From: a plasmid
Assembly (NCBI RefSeq): GCF_054482525.1
Contig: NZ_JBTHVG010000003.1
Direction: 5' to 3' (one strand)
Length of the DNA stretch: 64,000 nt
Below the pieces are notes generated by a model. It searched no databases, was not told where the DNA came from, and was given only the letters and a program-made list of their open reading frames with translations. Below, piece after piece: positions 29,595 to 39,238 of this stretch (position 1 is its first letter; the number at the start of each line of letters is the position of its first letter). Made by a program: the position numbers and the translations under genes.

Positions 29595-30677
29595 ATGCGT
29601 AAGAGTTATACATTTGGTATTCCATTTGGACTCCAGCGAGAATCAGGACTCTTTTTAGATATTACAGAGGTCAGCCGGGGTATTGACTGTAACTGCATCT
29701 GCCCCGCTTGCAAAACTGATCTGTTAGCAAAGCAGGGGGAGGTCAAGCTTTGGCATTTCTCACACAGTACAGCTGTAGCCGGTGACTGTGATGGTCTGAT
29801 GGAAGCCATCCGGGGAAAGATTATTGAAGTCATCAACGAGCACCAGGTTCTTGGTTTCCCAAATCTTCTCGCTGGCGACGATGGTGGGCCGGTTTCACTG
29901 AATGAGGTTAGTGGAAGCGGCAGTATGTTCGGAGGCACAGCTGATCTGTTCGTAAAGGTTAATGATTTATGTGTGGCCGTCTTTCTGGACAGGGATCGCA
30001 GCATTTCAGAGAAGTTAACCTTTGACCATCTTCATCCTTCCGAAAGAGTTGCCGCATTGCGTATCGATCTTCCTGATATTGAATATGAAATCAGTCAGGT
30101 GCAGCTCGGGCGACGTAAAACAACATACAGTGAGTGCATTGAAAGCCTGATCATTGATGAGACCAGTTCCCGGGAATGGCTATATCATCCATTAATGCAT
30201 GAACTTGAATCTGAACCTCTTCAGGAGTATCGGGGACGGGAGCCTTCAGAGGAAGGGCCTCTTCTTCAGCGCCTTGCTGACTGTAAGATGAAATTGCCTG
30301 ATATCCTTCCGGGCAGTCATAACGCGCTAGTCAGGTTACAGCAGGATACGATTGTATGTCTGTGTCGGTTAACGGTTCGGGCTTATGACATCGCTCAGAC
30401 CGATGAATTTCCTTTGTTCCTTCGCTATTTCAGGTTGCACTGCCTGGAAAACAGCGAACATGTCAGTTACGAAAGACTGATCTGCTGGCAGGAAATGATT
30501 TCAAAAACCCAGGAAGGCCAGTCCTTGACACAAAACGAACTTGAATATCTTCATGAGATTGTCCGCATCGCCTTTTACAATCACCGGCTTAACAATGTCA
30601 GTATTTCAGATGTTAAAAACCATGACACTGGAAAGAAGAGCGGCAGGGTAGAGTCACAAAATTATTCACTTTTATAA
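29595..30677 (+). CDS. CoiA-like zinc-finger protein, solitary
   Basis: N-terminal motif CNCICPACKTDLLAKQGEVKLWHFSH matches the C-x-C-P-x-C-K...HF-x-H signature also seen in the protein at 60984..61970; start moved to the ATG at 29595. Confidence 0.5.
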   Translation: MRKSYTFGIPFGLQRESGLFLDITEVSRGIDCNCICPACKTDLLAKQGEVKLWHFSHSTAVAGDCDGLMEAIRGKIIEVINEHQVLGFPNLLAGDDGGPVSLNEVSGSGSMFGGTADLFVKVNDLCVAVFLDRDRSISEKLTFDHLHPSERVAALRIDLPDIEYEISQVQLGRRKTTYSECIESLIIDETSSREWLYHPLMHELESEPLQEYRGREPSEEGPLLQRLADCKMKLPDILPGSHNALVRLQQDTIVCLCRLTVRAYDIAQTDEFPLFLRYFRLHCLENSEHVSYERLICWQEMISKTQEGQSLTQNELEYLHEIVRIAFYNHRLNNVSISDVKNHDTGKKSGRVESQNYSLL

Positions 30678-30843
30678 ATAACTTGGGCTTTGCGCATTAA
30701 ACCCTTGCCGCAGGCGGTGTACCGCATATCCGGCACAGACAGTCAGTTTTTTCTGGCAGCTTAAATTTGACACTGCTTAATATAGTGATTCATTAAACAG
30801 GTTCAGTATGCTGCCAGAACGTTTTAGTCGTAATGGGCGTCCG

Positions 30844-32343
30844 TTAGTTTTCAACTAACTGAACGACGACCAGCCTGCCGCCTTCCTCCTTTGACAGAAC
30901 AAACTGAGCGTTATTCGTCAGTTCAATTTTTTCCCCAATGGCAATCTGTCGTTTATCCGGTAATGACATAAGCCCATTTATGCCTTCATTTACTAACCAC
31001 CACTGATCGTTATGGAAAACAAAATACCCAACTCGTTTCCTTTGTGCATCGGTTGTGCGCTCATTTGGCGCAATGAGGCGATTCACATGCCACGCATAGA
31101 TTGACTGCCCGCTCCACACCATCAACCGGTGGTCGTCAGGACGATAACTGCCTTCCTTTCGGGATGAATATAAATTTAGAACCGGTAATTTACCCTTGTA
31201 TGGCGTACCGCAGTAGGGACAAACCGGCTTTGTCTTACCTGAGAAAACGTACCATTTCTGTTCACACGCCTTGTTCTGGCAGGGCTGTATCAGATCGACT
31301 GTTTTAACCAGGGCACTTTCCCACTCATCGGCGGTCGGGCGTTTATTGGCATCGTGTAAGCCATCAATAAAGGCGCGTTCAAACAAAGGCGTCAAATAAG
31401 GGCCCATGATGGTGTAAGGAATTTTCTCCGGGTCAGCCCAGGGCAGTGAAAAGGAGGATAGCTGACTGACTTTGACTGCATTGCTTTTGTCTGTCGGATG
31501 TTCAATGAAGAGTGCCTTCTCACCCATAGATAAGGTCTCATCACGTACTTCATCCGACATGTCATGTATTTTTCCGCCACGTAGCGGATGACGGAAGAAC
31601 AGATACATGTAGATAAGCACCGACAGCGCATGACGGTCAGTAGAAATGCTTGGCAATACGCGGTTCGGATCCTCTTTGGAAAGATGGCTGGTTTTCACCA
31701 CTTCCGGAGCGATAAAATCCGGGGTGCCCACGACGTCGGGAGGATACTTTCCAGGGACAACCAGGCCGTCTACGTCAATGATGCAGGCATGTCCCATTTC
31801 TGGATCGATAAGCACGTTTTTATAGCTTAGATCGCTGTGACAGAGACCTGCCGCATGCATCCTTCTGACGGCTCTTGTTAGCAGCAGACAGACCTTGAGA
31901 TAGGTAAGCGTATTGCCTCGTTCACGTAGGTCGAGAAATTTATTCTGGTTGCTGGCGCTGGCAAACCATTTGCCTTCCTTTTCACGGCCTTTTATGCCAA
32001 GAAAATCATCGTTTTTAGAGCCGTATTTAAAGAAAAAGTAGCTTTTGTAGGTTGGAACCACGATGCCGATTTTATCCCCATGCTCAACAACGTGGGTCGG
32101 CCAGCAAAACAGGTCCTTCCAGTATTCACCTCCGGACTGGCCAAAAATGTTTTGCCTGTAGCGTCCGGTGATCATATCAATCCGATCCCGGGCCTGCTCG
32201 TTCTGCGGTTTATGATAAAAAGCGACGACGTATGATTTATCAGGCGAGAAGTAAACATCCTTCATCGAGCCCGAACCAATTACCTCGTCAACATACTGGA
32301 CTGTTTCGCCGTCCTTTGTTTTGCACGTAACAATATTTGCCAT
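30844..32343 (-). CDS. Ser/Thr protein kinase with C-terminal zinc ribbon and FHA-like domain
   Basis: Gly loop GSGSMKDVY, catalytic loop CHSDLSYKNVLI, DVDG, APEVV; Zn ribbon CQNKAC...CPYC; start set at the ATG at 32343 (GGTGA RBS). The ORF-track start at 32397 would overlap the phosphatase gene. Confidence 0.85.
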   Translation of the reverse strand: MANIVTCKTKDGETVQYVDEVIGSGSMKDVYFSPDKSYVVAFYHKPQNEQARDRIDMITGRYRQNIFGQSGGEYWKDLFCWPTHVVEHGDKIGIVVPTYKSYFFFKYGSKNDDFLGIKGREKEGKWFASASNQNKFLDLRERGNTLTYLKVCLLLTRAVRRMHAAGLCHSDLSYKNVLIDPEMGHACIIDVDGLVVPGKYPPDVVGTPDFIAPEVVKTSHLSKEDPNRVLPSISTDRHALSVLIYMYLFFRHPLRGGKIHDMSDEVRDETLSMGEKALFIEHPTDKSNAVKVSQLSSFSLPWADPEKIPYTIMGPYLTPLFERAFIDGLHDANKRPTADEWESALVKTVDLIQPCQNKACEQKWYVFSGKTKPVCPYCGTPYKGKLPVLNLYSSRKEGSYRPDDHRLMVWSGQSIYAWHVNRLIAPNERTTDAQRKRVGYFVFHNDQWWLVNEGINGLMSLPDKRQIAIGEKIELTNNAQFVLSKEEGGRLVVVQLVEN

Positions 32344-32368
32344 ATTGATCACCGAAGAAGCGTATCCC

Positions 32369-34009
32369 TTACCACAACACCGCAATAGTGCGGTCATCGT
32401 GGTTCCCTGTGGAGAAAAAGTTAAGCCAGTCGCCTAACCTCTCAGGCGCAATACTGGCGTCTGTAAGGACAGGGATGAGCTCATCAAGGAGACGGGTCCA
32501 TTTTTCGTCACTGCGAAGCCCGTTATCTGTCTCAAACAGAGGGTCTGATACGCCATCTGTCATGAGGATCAAGTGAGATACATCATTCCATTTACCCACG
32601 CTGATGCGGCCGCTAAACGAGGGGTCTGCGATAATGCTCTGGTCAAGAAAGCGGGTTTGTCCTGCGTATTCTCCGCTATCGGGATTTCCCAGTATCCTGA
32701 CTTTACCGGAAGGGCTGTATGCACCTATCGCACCATCACCAAGCCAGAATGCAGCCGCAAACAGCTCGTTATCAGTTCGTAGCGCTACAGTTGCCAGTAG
32801 GGTTGTTGAATAGGATTTCACAGGTTGTTCTGCACAAATGGCTTCGTTCTGGATACTGTTGACCGCGAGCGTAGCTGCCTGTTTAAAATGATGAAGCATG
32901 GCGTTTATGGTTGCCTGCTGATCGCTCCCTTCCCACGCCGTGATGTGCTGCTTTAGATGGACGCCTTTCAAACCACTGAGCTGATTGAAAAGGTAATCGC
33001 CAGCCGTTTGGACTGCAATCCGGGAGCCTTCCCGGGAATTTACCGCACTACCGGCCCCGTCTGCGACCAGCATGACAGACCATCCTGTTTCCTGGCAGTG
33101 GTTGATATAGAAGTCGTCATCTCTGAAGCTCCCGGCATGCTCATGAGATCGTCCCCGGCGACTGGCGGCAGCAATACGTATGTCACCCCTGACCAGGCCA
33201 GCAGCGTCCAGATGGGACTTAGGGTAGGAAGCGTCTGCTGGTGGCTCTACCACCTTCCACAGGCTTCTCGGATCGGGATTGACTATAAAAAGCTGTTTTG
33301 TTTCGCATTCGTCGTGCGAAGCGCATGACCAGAGTACTGAAAGCTCTATATCGCCGCTTTCGGTGGGTGTACCTGTCAGCAACTTATGCTCTTTGTCAAA
33401 GGTCAGGCCAATGTTCCTGGGAAAGACAACGTCCCTGACAGTAGCCTGCTGGCCCTCATCCAGAACTATAGCAACCGGCGAAGAGAAACGTTCGCCTGCG
33501 CGGGCGTTGGGAATAACTATTTTAGCTCTCGGGGGAACGGCAGGTGGCACAGCTAATCCGGCCCGCTGCTGGCCTGTCGGTATCTGCCCGGGTTTTAATA
33601 CCAGGGAAGACAGGTTTTCGTCTTCCCTCTGTGCTGGTTTATCAAATTCGTAATAAGGCATCAGCTTCCAGAACGGAGGATGAGGTTCATTTTCTGGCAG
33701 GGGTTGCAGTAATGGTGTATCGGTAGCGTCAATGCCCGGGTTATCAGCATCACTTACGACCGTTTGTTGCTGATCGGAAAGGCTGGATGCTGACGAGGGG
33801 GCGATCTCTGCGTCGTTATAACCTTCGCTAACCCGCGCAGATAAACCCTGTGCAAGGCTCTCAATCCGCTCTTTAAGCCGCATAATCTCTTCAGTAAGGG
33901 AAGGGTCGTGCGATAGAAGAAAAAGCCGCTCACCTTCTACAGGGTGGCCCAGCTCAGACAGCACTAAGCGGATAATCTTCTCTTCAAGTAAAACATTTTG
34001 CGACATCAA
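32369..34009 (-). CDS. PP2C-family Ser/Thr phosphatase with long N-terminal extension
   Basis: PP2C motifs VMLVADGAGS and LILMTDGVSDPL; its ATG overlaps the stop of the upstream vWA gene (ATGA). Confidence 0.85.
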   Translation of the reverse strand: MMSQNVLLEEKIIRLVLSELGHPVEGERLFLLSHDPSLTEEIMRLKERIESLAQGLSARVSEGYNDAEIAPSSASSLSDQQQTVVSDADNPGIDATDTPLLQPLPENEPHPPFWKLMPYYEFDKPAQREDENLSSLVLKPGQIPTGQQRAGLAVPPAVPPRAKIVIPNARAGERFSSPVAIVLDEGQQATVRDVVFPRNIGLTFDKEHKLLTGTPTESGDIELSVLWSCASHDECETKQLFIVNPDPRSLWKVVEPPADASYPKSHLDAAGLVRGDIRIAAASRRGRSHEHAGSFRDDDFYINHCQETGWSVMLVADGAGSAVNSREGSRIAVQTAGDYLFNQLSGLKGVHLKQHITAWEGSDQQATINAMLHHFKQAATLAVNSIQNEAICAEQPVKSYSTTLLATVALRTDNELFAAAFWLGDGAIGAYSPSGKVRILGNPDSGEYAGQTRFLDQSIIADPSFSGRISVGKWNDVSHLILMTDGVSDPLFETDNGLRSDEKWTRLLDELIPVLTDASIAPERLGDWLNFFSTGNHDDRTIAVLW

Positions 34010-35046
34010 CCTCTCCCTCTGTTTACGTCGAAGTTAGTGTTTCCGCCATCATTGCTGAATGACAGACCTGTTTCACACCACGGGCAGATCACGTCATCCG
34101 GGCCGTCAATGCACAGCAATTTTCCGCATGAGCACAGGGCAAACGCACTGGCATTACCGCAGTGAGGGCAACCCGGTACGCCATGCAGTTCGCTGGTGTT
34201 TACCTGCAAACCGGTAGCGGTGGCATCTGACCATGCAAAATAGTCTTCATCGATGGGATAGCATCCGGCAATATTAAAGCTGTTCAGGTTCAGGCTGAAA
34301 TCGAGCCCGGAAATCCTTGCTGGTGGCCGTTCATACTTCATCAGATACGGACGACGGGTCTTGCTGCAACGGCCGGTAAGCGTAACGCAGTTTTCGTCGT
34401 ACGCTTTTACTGGCTCGTCCTTGGCCAGCCGGACTATGTATTCAGTCTGGCTGAGCTCAGGTTGTTTGTCGTCTCCGACGCTGCGGCTGTGCGCCGTAAC
34501 CGAGGCTGTGATCCATTTGATGAAGCGGGTAAAGTCCCCTTCCTGAGACTCGGTGAACAGCATGACATTCTCTGTCAGTTGCCGCAGGGTATTCAGGTCC
34601 GCTGACGGCCCCAGGCCAACGGCAATGAGATTCACTTTACTCGCGTAGTGATCCTTCCAGCGCTTCACTTCTGCGGTTGTGTCGTCAGTCGGACGTCCGT
34701 CGGTAAGGAGATACACGACGGGTTTCCAGTCGCCTTTAGCCTCATGAGTGGTTTTTCTGACCTGGGTATCAATTTGTACGGTCAGCTCACGCAATGCGGC
34801 CCCAAGGCTCGTACCGCCGCCAACGGGAAGGCGGGGAGGGTAGAACGAGGCAATTTCGTGAAGAGGTACAATCGTACGGGCTACACCGGCAAATGCGATT
34901 ACCGAAACCCAGGCTGTTTCAAGTGCGTGTGGATCCTTTCTTAAATCTCCGATGATCATTTGCAGACCATCAGTCATTTTTTTCAGGTTTTCACCAATCA
35001 TGGACTCTGAACAGTCCAGGACAAAAAACACGGGAAGGCGTCTCAT
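34006..35046 (-). CDS. TerY-like vWA protein with C-terminal zinc ribbon
   Basis: MRRLPVFFVLDCSESM MIDAS motif; C-terminal CPHC...CSC...CPWC; start moved to the ATG at 35046 with a GAGG RBS. Confidence 0.8.
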   Translation of the reverse strand: MRRLPVFFVLDCSESMIGENLKKMTDGLQMIIGDLRKDPHALETAWVSVIAFAGVARTIVPLHEIASFYPPRLPVGGGTSLGAALRELTVQIDTQVRKTTHEAKGDWKPVVYLLTDGRPTDDTTAEVKRWKDHYASKVNLIAVGLGPSADLNTLRQLTENVMLFTESQEGDFTRFIKWITASVTAHSRSVGDDKQPELSQTEYIVRLAKDEPVKAYDENCVTLTGRCSKTRRPYLMKYERPPARISGLDFSLNLNSFNIAGCYPIDEDYFAWSDATATGLQVNTSELHGVPGCPHCGNASAFALCSCGKLLCIDGPDDVICPWCETGLSFSNDGGNTNFDVNRGRG

Positions 35047-35131
35047 AATTTTCCTCGTACGGCTGGTACGGCCAGCAGAAAACGTTGCTGTACAGAAAGG
35101 TGCTGCCCGGAAAGCAGCACCTTTCTGTCTG

Positions 35132-35770
35132 TCAGAGCACCAGCTGGATTTCTGGTGGAGGAGGGGGAAGGGTATCAGTTCCGTTATTGATCCCCGCGCT
35201 TGTGCTGCCGGAAGACACGCTGGCCGATACCCATTTAAAGAAACCTGCAAACGCGGTTGAATCTAGCGTCTCCAGAGACACAACCTTATCGGTAAGCTGT
35301 TTTAAGTGCTCATGGCCTGCTTTAGGACCAACGGCGCAGGCAATGATGGATCCGAATCCCCGGCCGCGAATCGCTTTTACCGCTTCACCGTACGCCAGGG
35401 CATCAGAAGGGGTTCCATCAGTCATCAGGAATACCAGAGGACGCCAGTCTCCTTTTGTATCACCATCTGAGCGACGTACATCCCGTTCAACACACTGCAT
35501 CAGACATTCAAGGGCAGCACCGGTGAACGTCCCGCCTGCGCTTGGCACAACGATGTCAGAAAACTGGAAGTCTTCCAGCGGCGTGAGAGGAATGAACTCA
35601 CGCGCCTCATTGTCATAGGTGATAATGGAGATATGAACGCTTTCGAGGGCGTAGGGATCCTGGCGAAGAGCGCTAAGCATCGCCTGAATTCCAACGTTAA
35701 CGGAATGGATGGACTCACCGCGCATCGAGCCGGATGTGTCGATAACAAGGTAAACAGGCAGGCGGCGCAT
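35132..35770 (-). CDS. terY: TerY-family vWA protein
   Basis: MRRLPVYLVIDTSGSM MIDAS motif, about 212 aa; its ATG at 35770 overlaps the terX stop (ATGA). Confidence 0.8.
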   Translation of the reverse strand: MRRLPVYLVIDTSGSMRGESIHSVNVGIQAMLSALRQDPYALESVHISIITYDNEAREFIPLTPLEDFQFSDIVVPSAGGTFTGAALECLMQCVERDVRRSDGDTKGDWRPLVFLMTDGTPSDALAYGEAVKAIRGRGFGSIIACAVGPKAGHEHLKQLTDKVVSLETLDSTAFAGFFKWVSASVSSGSTSAGINNGTDTLPPPPPEIQLVL

Positions 35771-36411
35771 CACATGTAATTCCTCAGGTGCGAGACAAAC
35801 GAATCTGATTCTGAAGGCTCACCAATTGCCCTGAGTTTCCAGCCTGTAGCCTCGCGTATCAGCTCGGCAAAAACCATGGAGCGCTGGCTGGCGAAGGCGG
35901 GTCCGCCAGAAAGATCGAATCGTGCCATTTCAATATTACGGGCATCTACTGCCCGGATGAAGGCATTCTGAACTTTACCAAAGTGCTGCTGGAGCTTTTC
36001 ACCATTGTAGATCTGAACGATGAACACAATTTTCTCGTACTGAGCGTCAAGGGAATTCAGGCGCACAATAATTTGCTCATCGTCACCATCACCGGCTCCG
36101 GTTCGGTTATCGCCCGTCAGCCAGATATTTCCTGACTTATGGCGAAGGCTGTTGAAAAAGATGATATCGCCATTCACAAGCGTTGGTTTACCATTTTCCA
36201 CATTGCCGAGATCGGTCACCTTTCCGGCTGAATTACACAGGAAAGCGATCACATCAAGGTCGTATTCTTCTTCTTTTTTACCAAAGATCCCGCCGAGGAA
36301 ACCTTTCTTTTCCTCATTAATATCCCAACCCAGGCCGATAGTAACGGACGAGAGATCGTATTCATTTTTTTTCAGGCTTACGCCCTGGCCTTTGCTCAGA
36401 CTGACAGACAT
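35770..36411 (-). CDS. terX: TerD-family protein TerX
   Basis: TerD-domain hallmarks [13 protein letters not shown] and GDNRTGAGDGDDE; 213 aa; sits between two terY genes. Confidence 0.85.
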   Translation of the reverse strand: MSVSLSKGQGVSLKKNEYDLSSVTIGLGWDINEEKKGFLGGIFGKKEEEYDLDVIAFLCNSAGKVTDLGNVENGKPTLVNGDIIFFNSLRHKSGNIWLTGDNRTGAGDGDDEQIIVRLNSLDAQYEKIVFIVQIYNGEKLQQHFGKVQNAFIRAVDARNIEMARFDLSGGPAFASQRSMVFAELIREATGWKLRAIGEPSESDSFVSHLRNYM

Positions 36412-36433
36412 GACATCCCCTTAATTAATAAAA

Positions 36434-37072
36434 TTATAAGACCACGTTTACTTCTGGCGGCGGCGGTGGCAGGTCTTCAAGACCGATCACTTCTTTTTTG
36501 CTGGACTCCACTTTCTGACTGCCTACCGAAATGCTCGCACTGACCCATTTAAAGAAAGCTTTAATCGTCGAACTGTCAGCTGTATCGAGCTGAACCACGA
36601 TTTCAGTGATTTCTTTGAGGACGCTGGTATCGGCATCATGCCCGGCTGCACATGCCACAACAACGCCGGTTCTGGCCGCTTTAAAGTCATTCAGGCCTTT
36701 ACGCCAGTCATCATTCGGACTTCCATCCGTCATCAGGAATACAAGGGGACGCCAGTCACCTTTAGTGTCAGCCGTCGTTTTCTGTACTTCTTTGGCAATG
36801 GAGCTGGCCGTCAGGGTAAGCGCTTCGCCAAGAGAGGTGGTGCCGCTGGCTGTTAGTGCTGGCATCTGGAAACTCAGGAGGTCTGTCAGGGGGACTGCCT
36901 GTCGGGCTGAAGAATCAAAGGTGATCACTGACACGTAAGCCGTTTCGAGTGCATACGGATCCTGTTTCAGCGTGGTAAGCAGCGTCTGAACGCCATTCTT
37001 AACCGCTTCGATAGGCTCTCCGTGCATAGAGCCGGACGTGTCGAGTAGCAGATATACGGGTAAGCGTCTCAA
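36434..37072 (-). CDS. terY: TerY-family vWA protein
   Basis: (M)RRLPVYLLLDTSGSM; start moved to the TTG at 37072 with an AAGGAA RBS 7 nt upstream. The ORF-track start at 37153 adds an unsupported N-terminal extension. Confidence 0.75.
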   Translation of the reverse strand: MRRLPVYLLLDTSGSMHGEPIEAVKNGVQTLLTTLKQDPYALETAYVSVITFDSSARQAVPLTDLLSFQMPALTASGTTSLGEALTLTASSIAKEVQKTTADTKGDWRPLVFLMTDGSPNDDWRKGLNDFKAARTGVVVACAAGHDADTSVLKEITEIVVQLDTADSSTIKAFFKWVSASISVGSQKVESSKKEVIGLEDLPPPPPEVNVVL

Positions 37073-37496
37073 ATGTAATTCCTTCTTAAGAGATCGGAAG
37101 AGGAGAGTAGTTTCAGGAAGAGGCCAGAGTTTGTAGATTTGATAAAACGGCACGACATCTGTCGGGTGGAGATTAAATACTCAGAAGCGGCATTAAAGAA
37201 ATAAGTTAACCACCATTGAATTACCGACATGTGAATGGCCTCTTATCAGAGAAAAAAATTCAGACCGTACTGGAATATAAATTTCTGAAAAAAACTCCGG
37301 CAAAAATAAACTTTCTTATGTATGAAAATCATCATACATCACAGATCTGCATGAATGGAGTGTAAATCGCCCAAAGATTGATGTGTAGCACAAGAGGATG
37401 TCAAGACACCAGGTTTTGTAGGCAGAAAGGCGCTGCTGACATTGCGGGAGGAGAATAGATCAAAACTCCGTCACGCAGATACAGAGGTGAAATATG

Positions 37497-37520
37497 ACAA
37501 AACCGGGGTTTTCACCCCGG
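37497..37520 (-). terminator. Rho-independent terminator after terW
   Basis: CCGGGG-TTTTCA-CCCCGG (plus-strand reading) with a T-run on the minus strand just downstream of the terW stop. Confidence 0.6.
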
Positions 37521-37534
37521 TCTGAGATTTAGCG

Positions 37535-38002
37535 TCAGGACTTTTTAGCGCTGTATTCTTTTATCAGTTCATCAACGGAGTGCAGAGCCAGCTTCTCTAC
37601 CGCTTCACTTCGGGTCGAGCCACTCAGCGCAGCCAGACGGTCAATTTTTCTTAAAATCCGCATGCGTAGCGATAATGACACGGCTGTTTTTTTATCCTTA
37701 TCGAGTACGACCTTCCCTGTGGACTCACCGGTTTTCAGTTCAGCATTCTGTGCGAGCGCTTCATTCATCCGGCGAAGGGTCTTTTTATCCAGCTGGCCCG
37801 GATTAACGAGATGGTAGGAATGACCTGCCTTGCTGTATTTGATCTCCGCAGAATATGACTCGCGTAGCTCTTTGAGTGCCCGGGTTAATGTCGGCTCTGA
37901 GCATTCCAGACTGGTTATAATGTCGGCAGCGGAAACGGGCTTGCCGGTGCCCAGTAAGTTGGCAAGCTTAAAAATCCGGGCCTGTCTGGTATTTAATTGC
38001 AT
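37535..38002 (-). CDS. terW: TerW, DNA-binding protein of the ter locus
   Basis: 155 aa, HTH-like segment SAADIITSLECSEPTLTRALKELRES; size and position match terW of plasmid and island ter loci. Confidence 0.75.
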   Translation of the reverse strand: MQLNTRQARIFKLANLLGTGKPVSAADIITSLECSEPTLTRALKELRESYSAEIKYSKAGHSYHLVNPGQLDKKTLRRMNEALAQNAELKTGESTGKVVLDKDKKTAVSLSLRMRILRKIDRLAALSGSTRSEAVEKLALHSVDELIKEYSAKKS

Positions 38003-38019
38003 CGTAAGATTTAGCCTGC

Positions 38020-39228
38020 TTAAAGGGTTAGTGGTTCAATAGGCTGAAAAATGAAGGTACTGCTCATCTTTCGAATAACCGGGTGATCGCCTAACGCTTC
38101 AACCGGATCAATGTGTTCTAAGCCTGCAAAATTTACTGACGACATCTGGCTGCGACTGCATTTGCAGGACAGGATATACTCATCCTCCAGATAGCCGGTC
38201 CGCTTACTGACCCGTTGCGTAAAGCCTGACACAATCACGTTGTCGAACGGTAGCGTATGTAAAACGATACCGACCAGGCGGAACAAGCAGCCATGGACGT
38301 GGCGGGCATAGTTTTCGCGTACGGCTTTTTGCGTCATGGCTTTTTCCGTCAGCTCCGTGCCCCGGGCATTAACGCCGTAAATCTTATCAGGGAAATCTTC
38401 AATCTCAGCTAAATCAACATCCAGCAGGACTGCTGATAGCTCCGGCTTTACTTCAAATGCAACAAGCGTTTCACGCGGCCATTCAGTTTCTGCCAGCACA
38501 CCCGCCAGGTATGATTCGAAAAACGCGGCGTCTGTCCGGAACTGCTGCCGGGCATCTGCCTGAGCCGTGGCGAGCCGTTTTTCATGTTCTTCAGCCTCAA
38601 ACTTCCAGTTTGCATACTGTTCGGCCCAGGCCGTCCGTTGTTGCTGGTACCGGTGCTGTCGAAGGGTATTCTCACGCTCCACATCAATCAGCTCCTGCTG
38701 CCACCGGCGAAGATTTTCGGCGTGGCGCTCAGCTTTAGCTGATTCCGATTCAAACCATTTACCCAGAAAACTAATGCCTTCGCTCTCGGCAGGCTTTTCC
38801 GGCAATGCAAGATAGTCTGGCTTTTCTGGACGCACCGGTGCCGGAACCTGAAAAGGCGACGTTCTGTTATGCAGGTATACTGCTTCCAGCTCTGCCCAGC
38901 TGATGCCTGTTTTAGGATCCGGCGTCAGCTCGTGAATATTACGGATTGCGGTCACCGCTGACATGAGATCAGCGGCTTCCTCCTCAAGCGCCTGTCTGAG
39001 CCCCGGGTCGGTAGCCGTCCGGTTCCCACCTCCGGAACGCGCGGCCCGATCAAGCCGGGTACGGTAACTCAGCCCGGTACCGGGCAAGCCCAGATTGGCA
39101 TAGGTCCCCCGGCTTCCAAAAGAAACGGAAGCACCTCTCGGCCCGACACTCAGGCTCGGTGCACCGTTACTCAGGTTGAGGCGAACACCAGGAATAATGT
39201 TGATCGACTTTCTGAATCTGAACCCCAT
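38020..39228 (-). CDS. ter-associated protein of unknown function
   Basis: Starts MGFRFRKSINIIPGVRLNLS (DUF4236-like as I recall it); AAGGA RBS; last gene of the biosynthetic operon. Confidence 0.5.
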   Translation of the reverse strand: MGFRFRKSINIIPGVRLNLSNGAPSLSVGPRGASVSFGSRGTYANLGLPGTGLSYRTRLDRAARSGGGNRTATDPGLRQALEEEAADLMSAVTAIRNIHELTPDPKTGISWAELEAVYLHNRTSPFQVPAPVRPEKPDYLALPEKPAESEGISFLGKWFESESAKAERHAENLRRWQQELIDVERENTLRQHRYQQQRTAWAEQYANWKFEAEEHEKRLATAQADARQQFRTDAAFFESYLAGVLAETEWPRETLVAFEVKPELSAVLLDVDLAEIEDFPDKIYGVNARGTELTEKAMTQKAVRENYARHVHGCLFRLVGIVLHTLPFDNVIVSGFTQRVSKRTGYLEDEYILSCKCSRSQMSSVNFAGLEHIDPVEALGDHPVIRKMSSTFIFQPIEPLTL

Positions 39229-39238
39229 TATGATTTCC

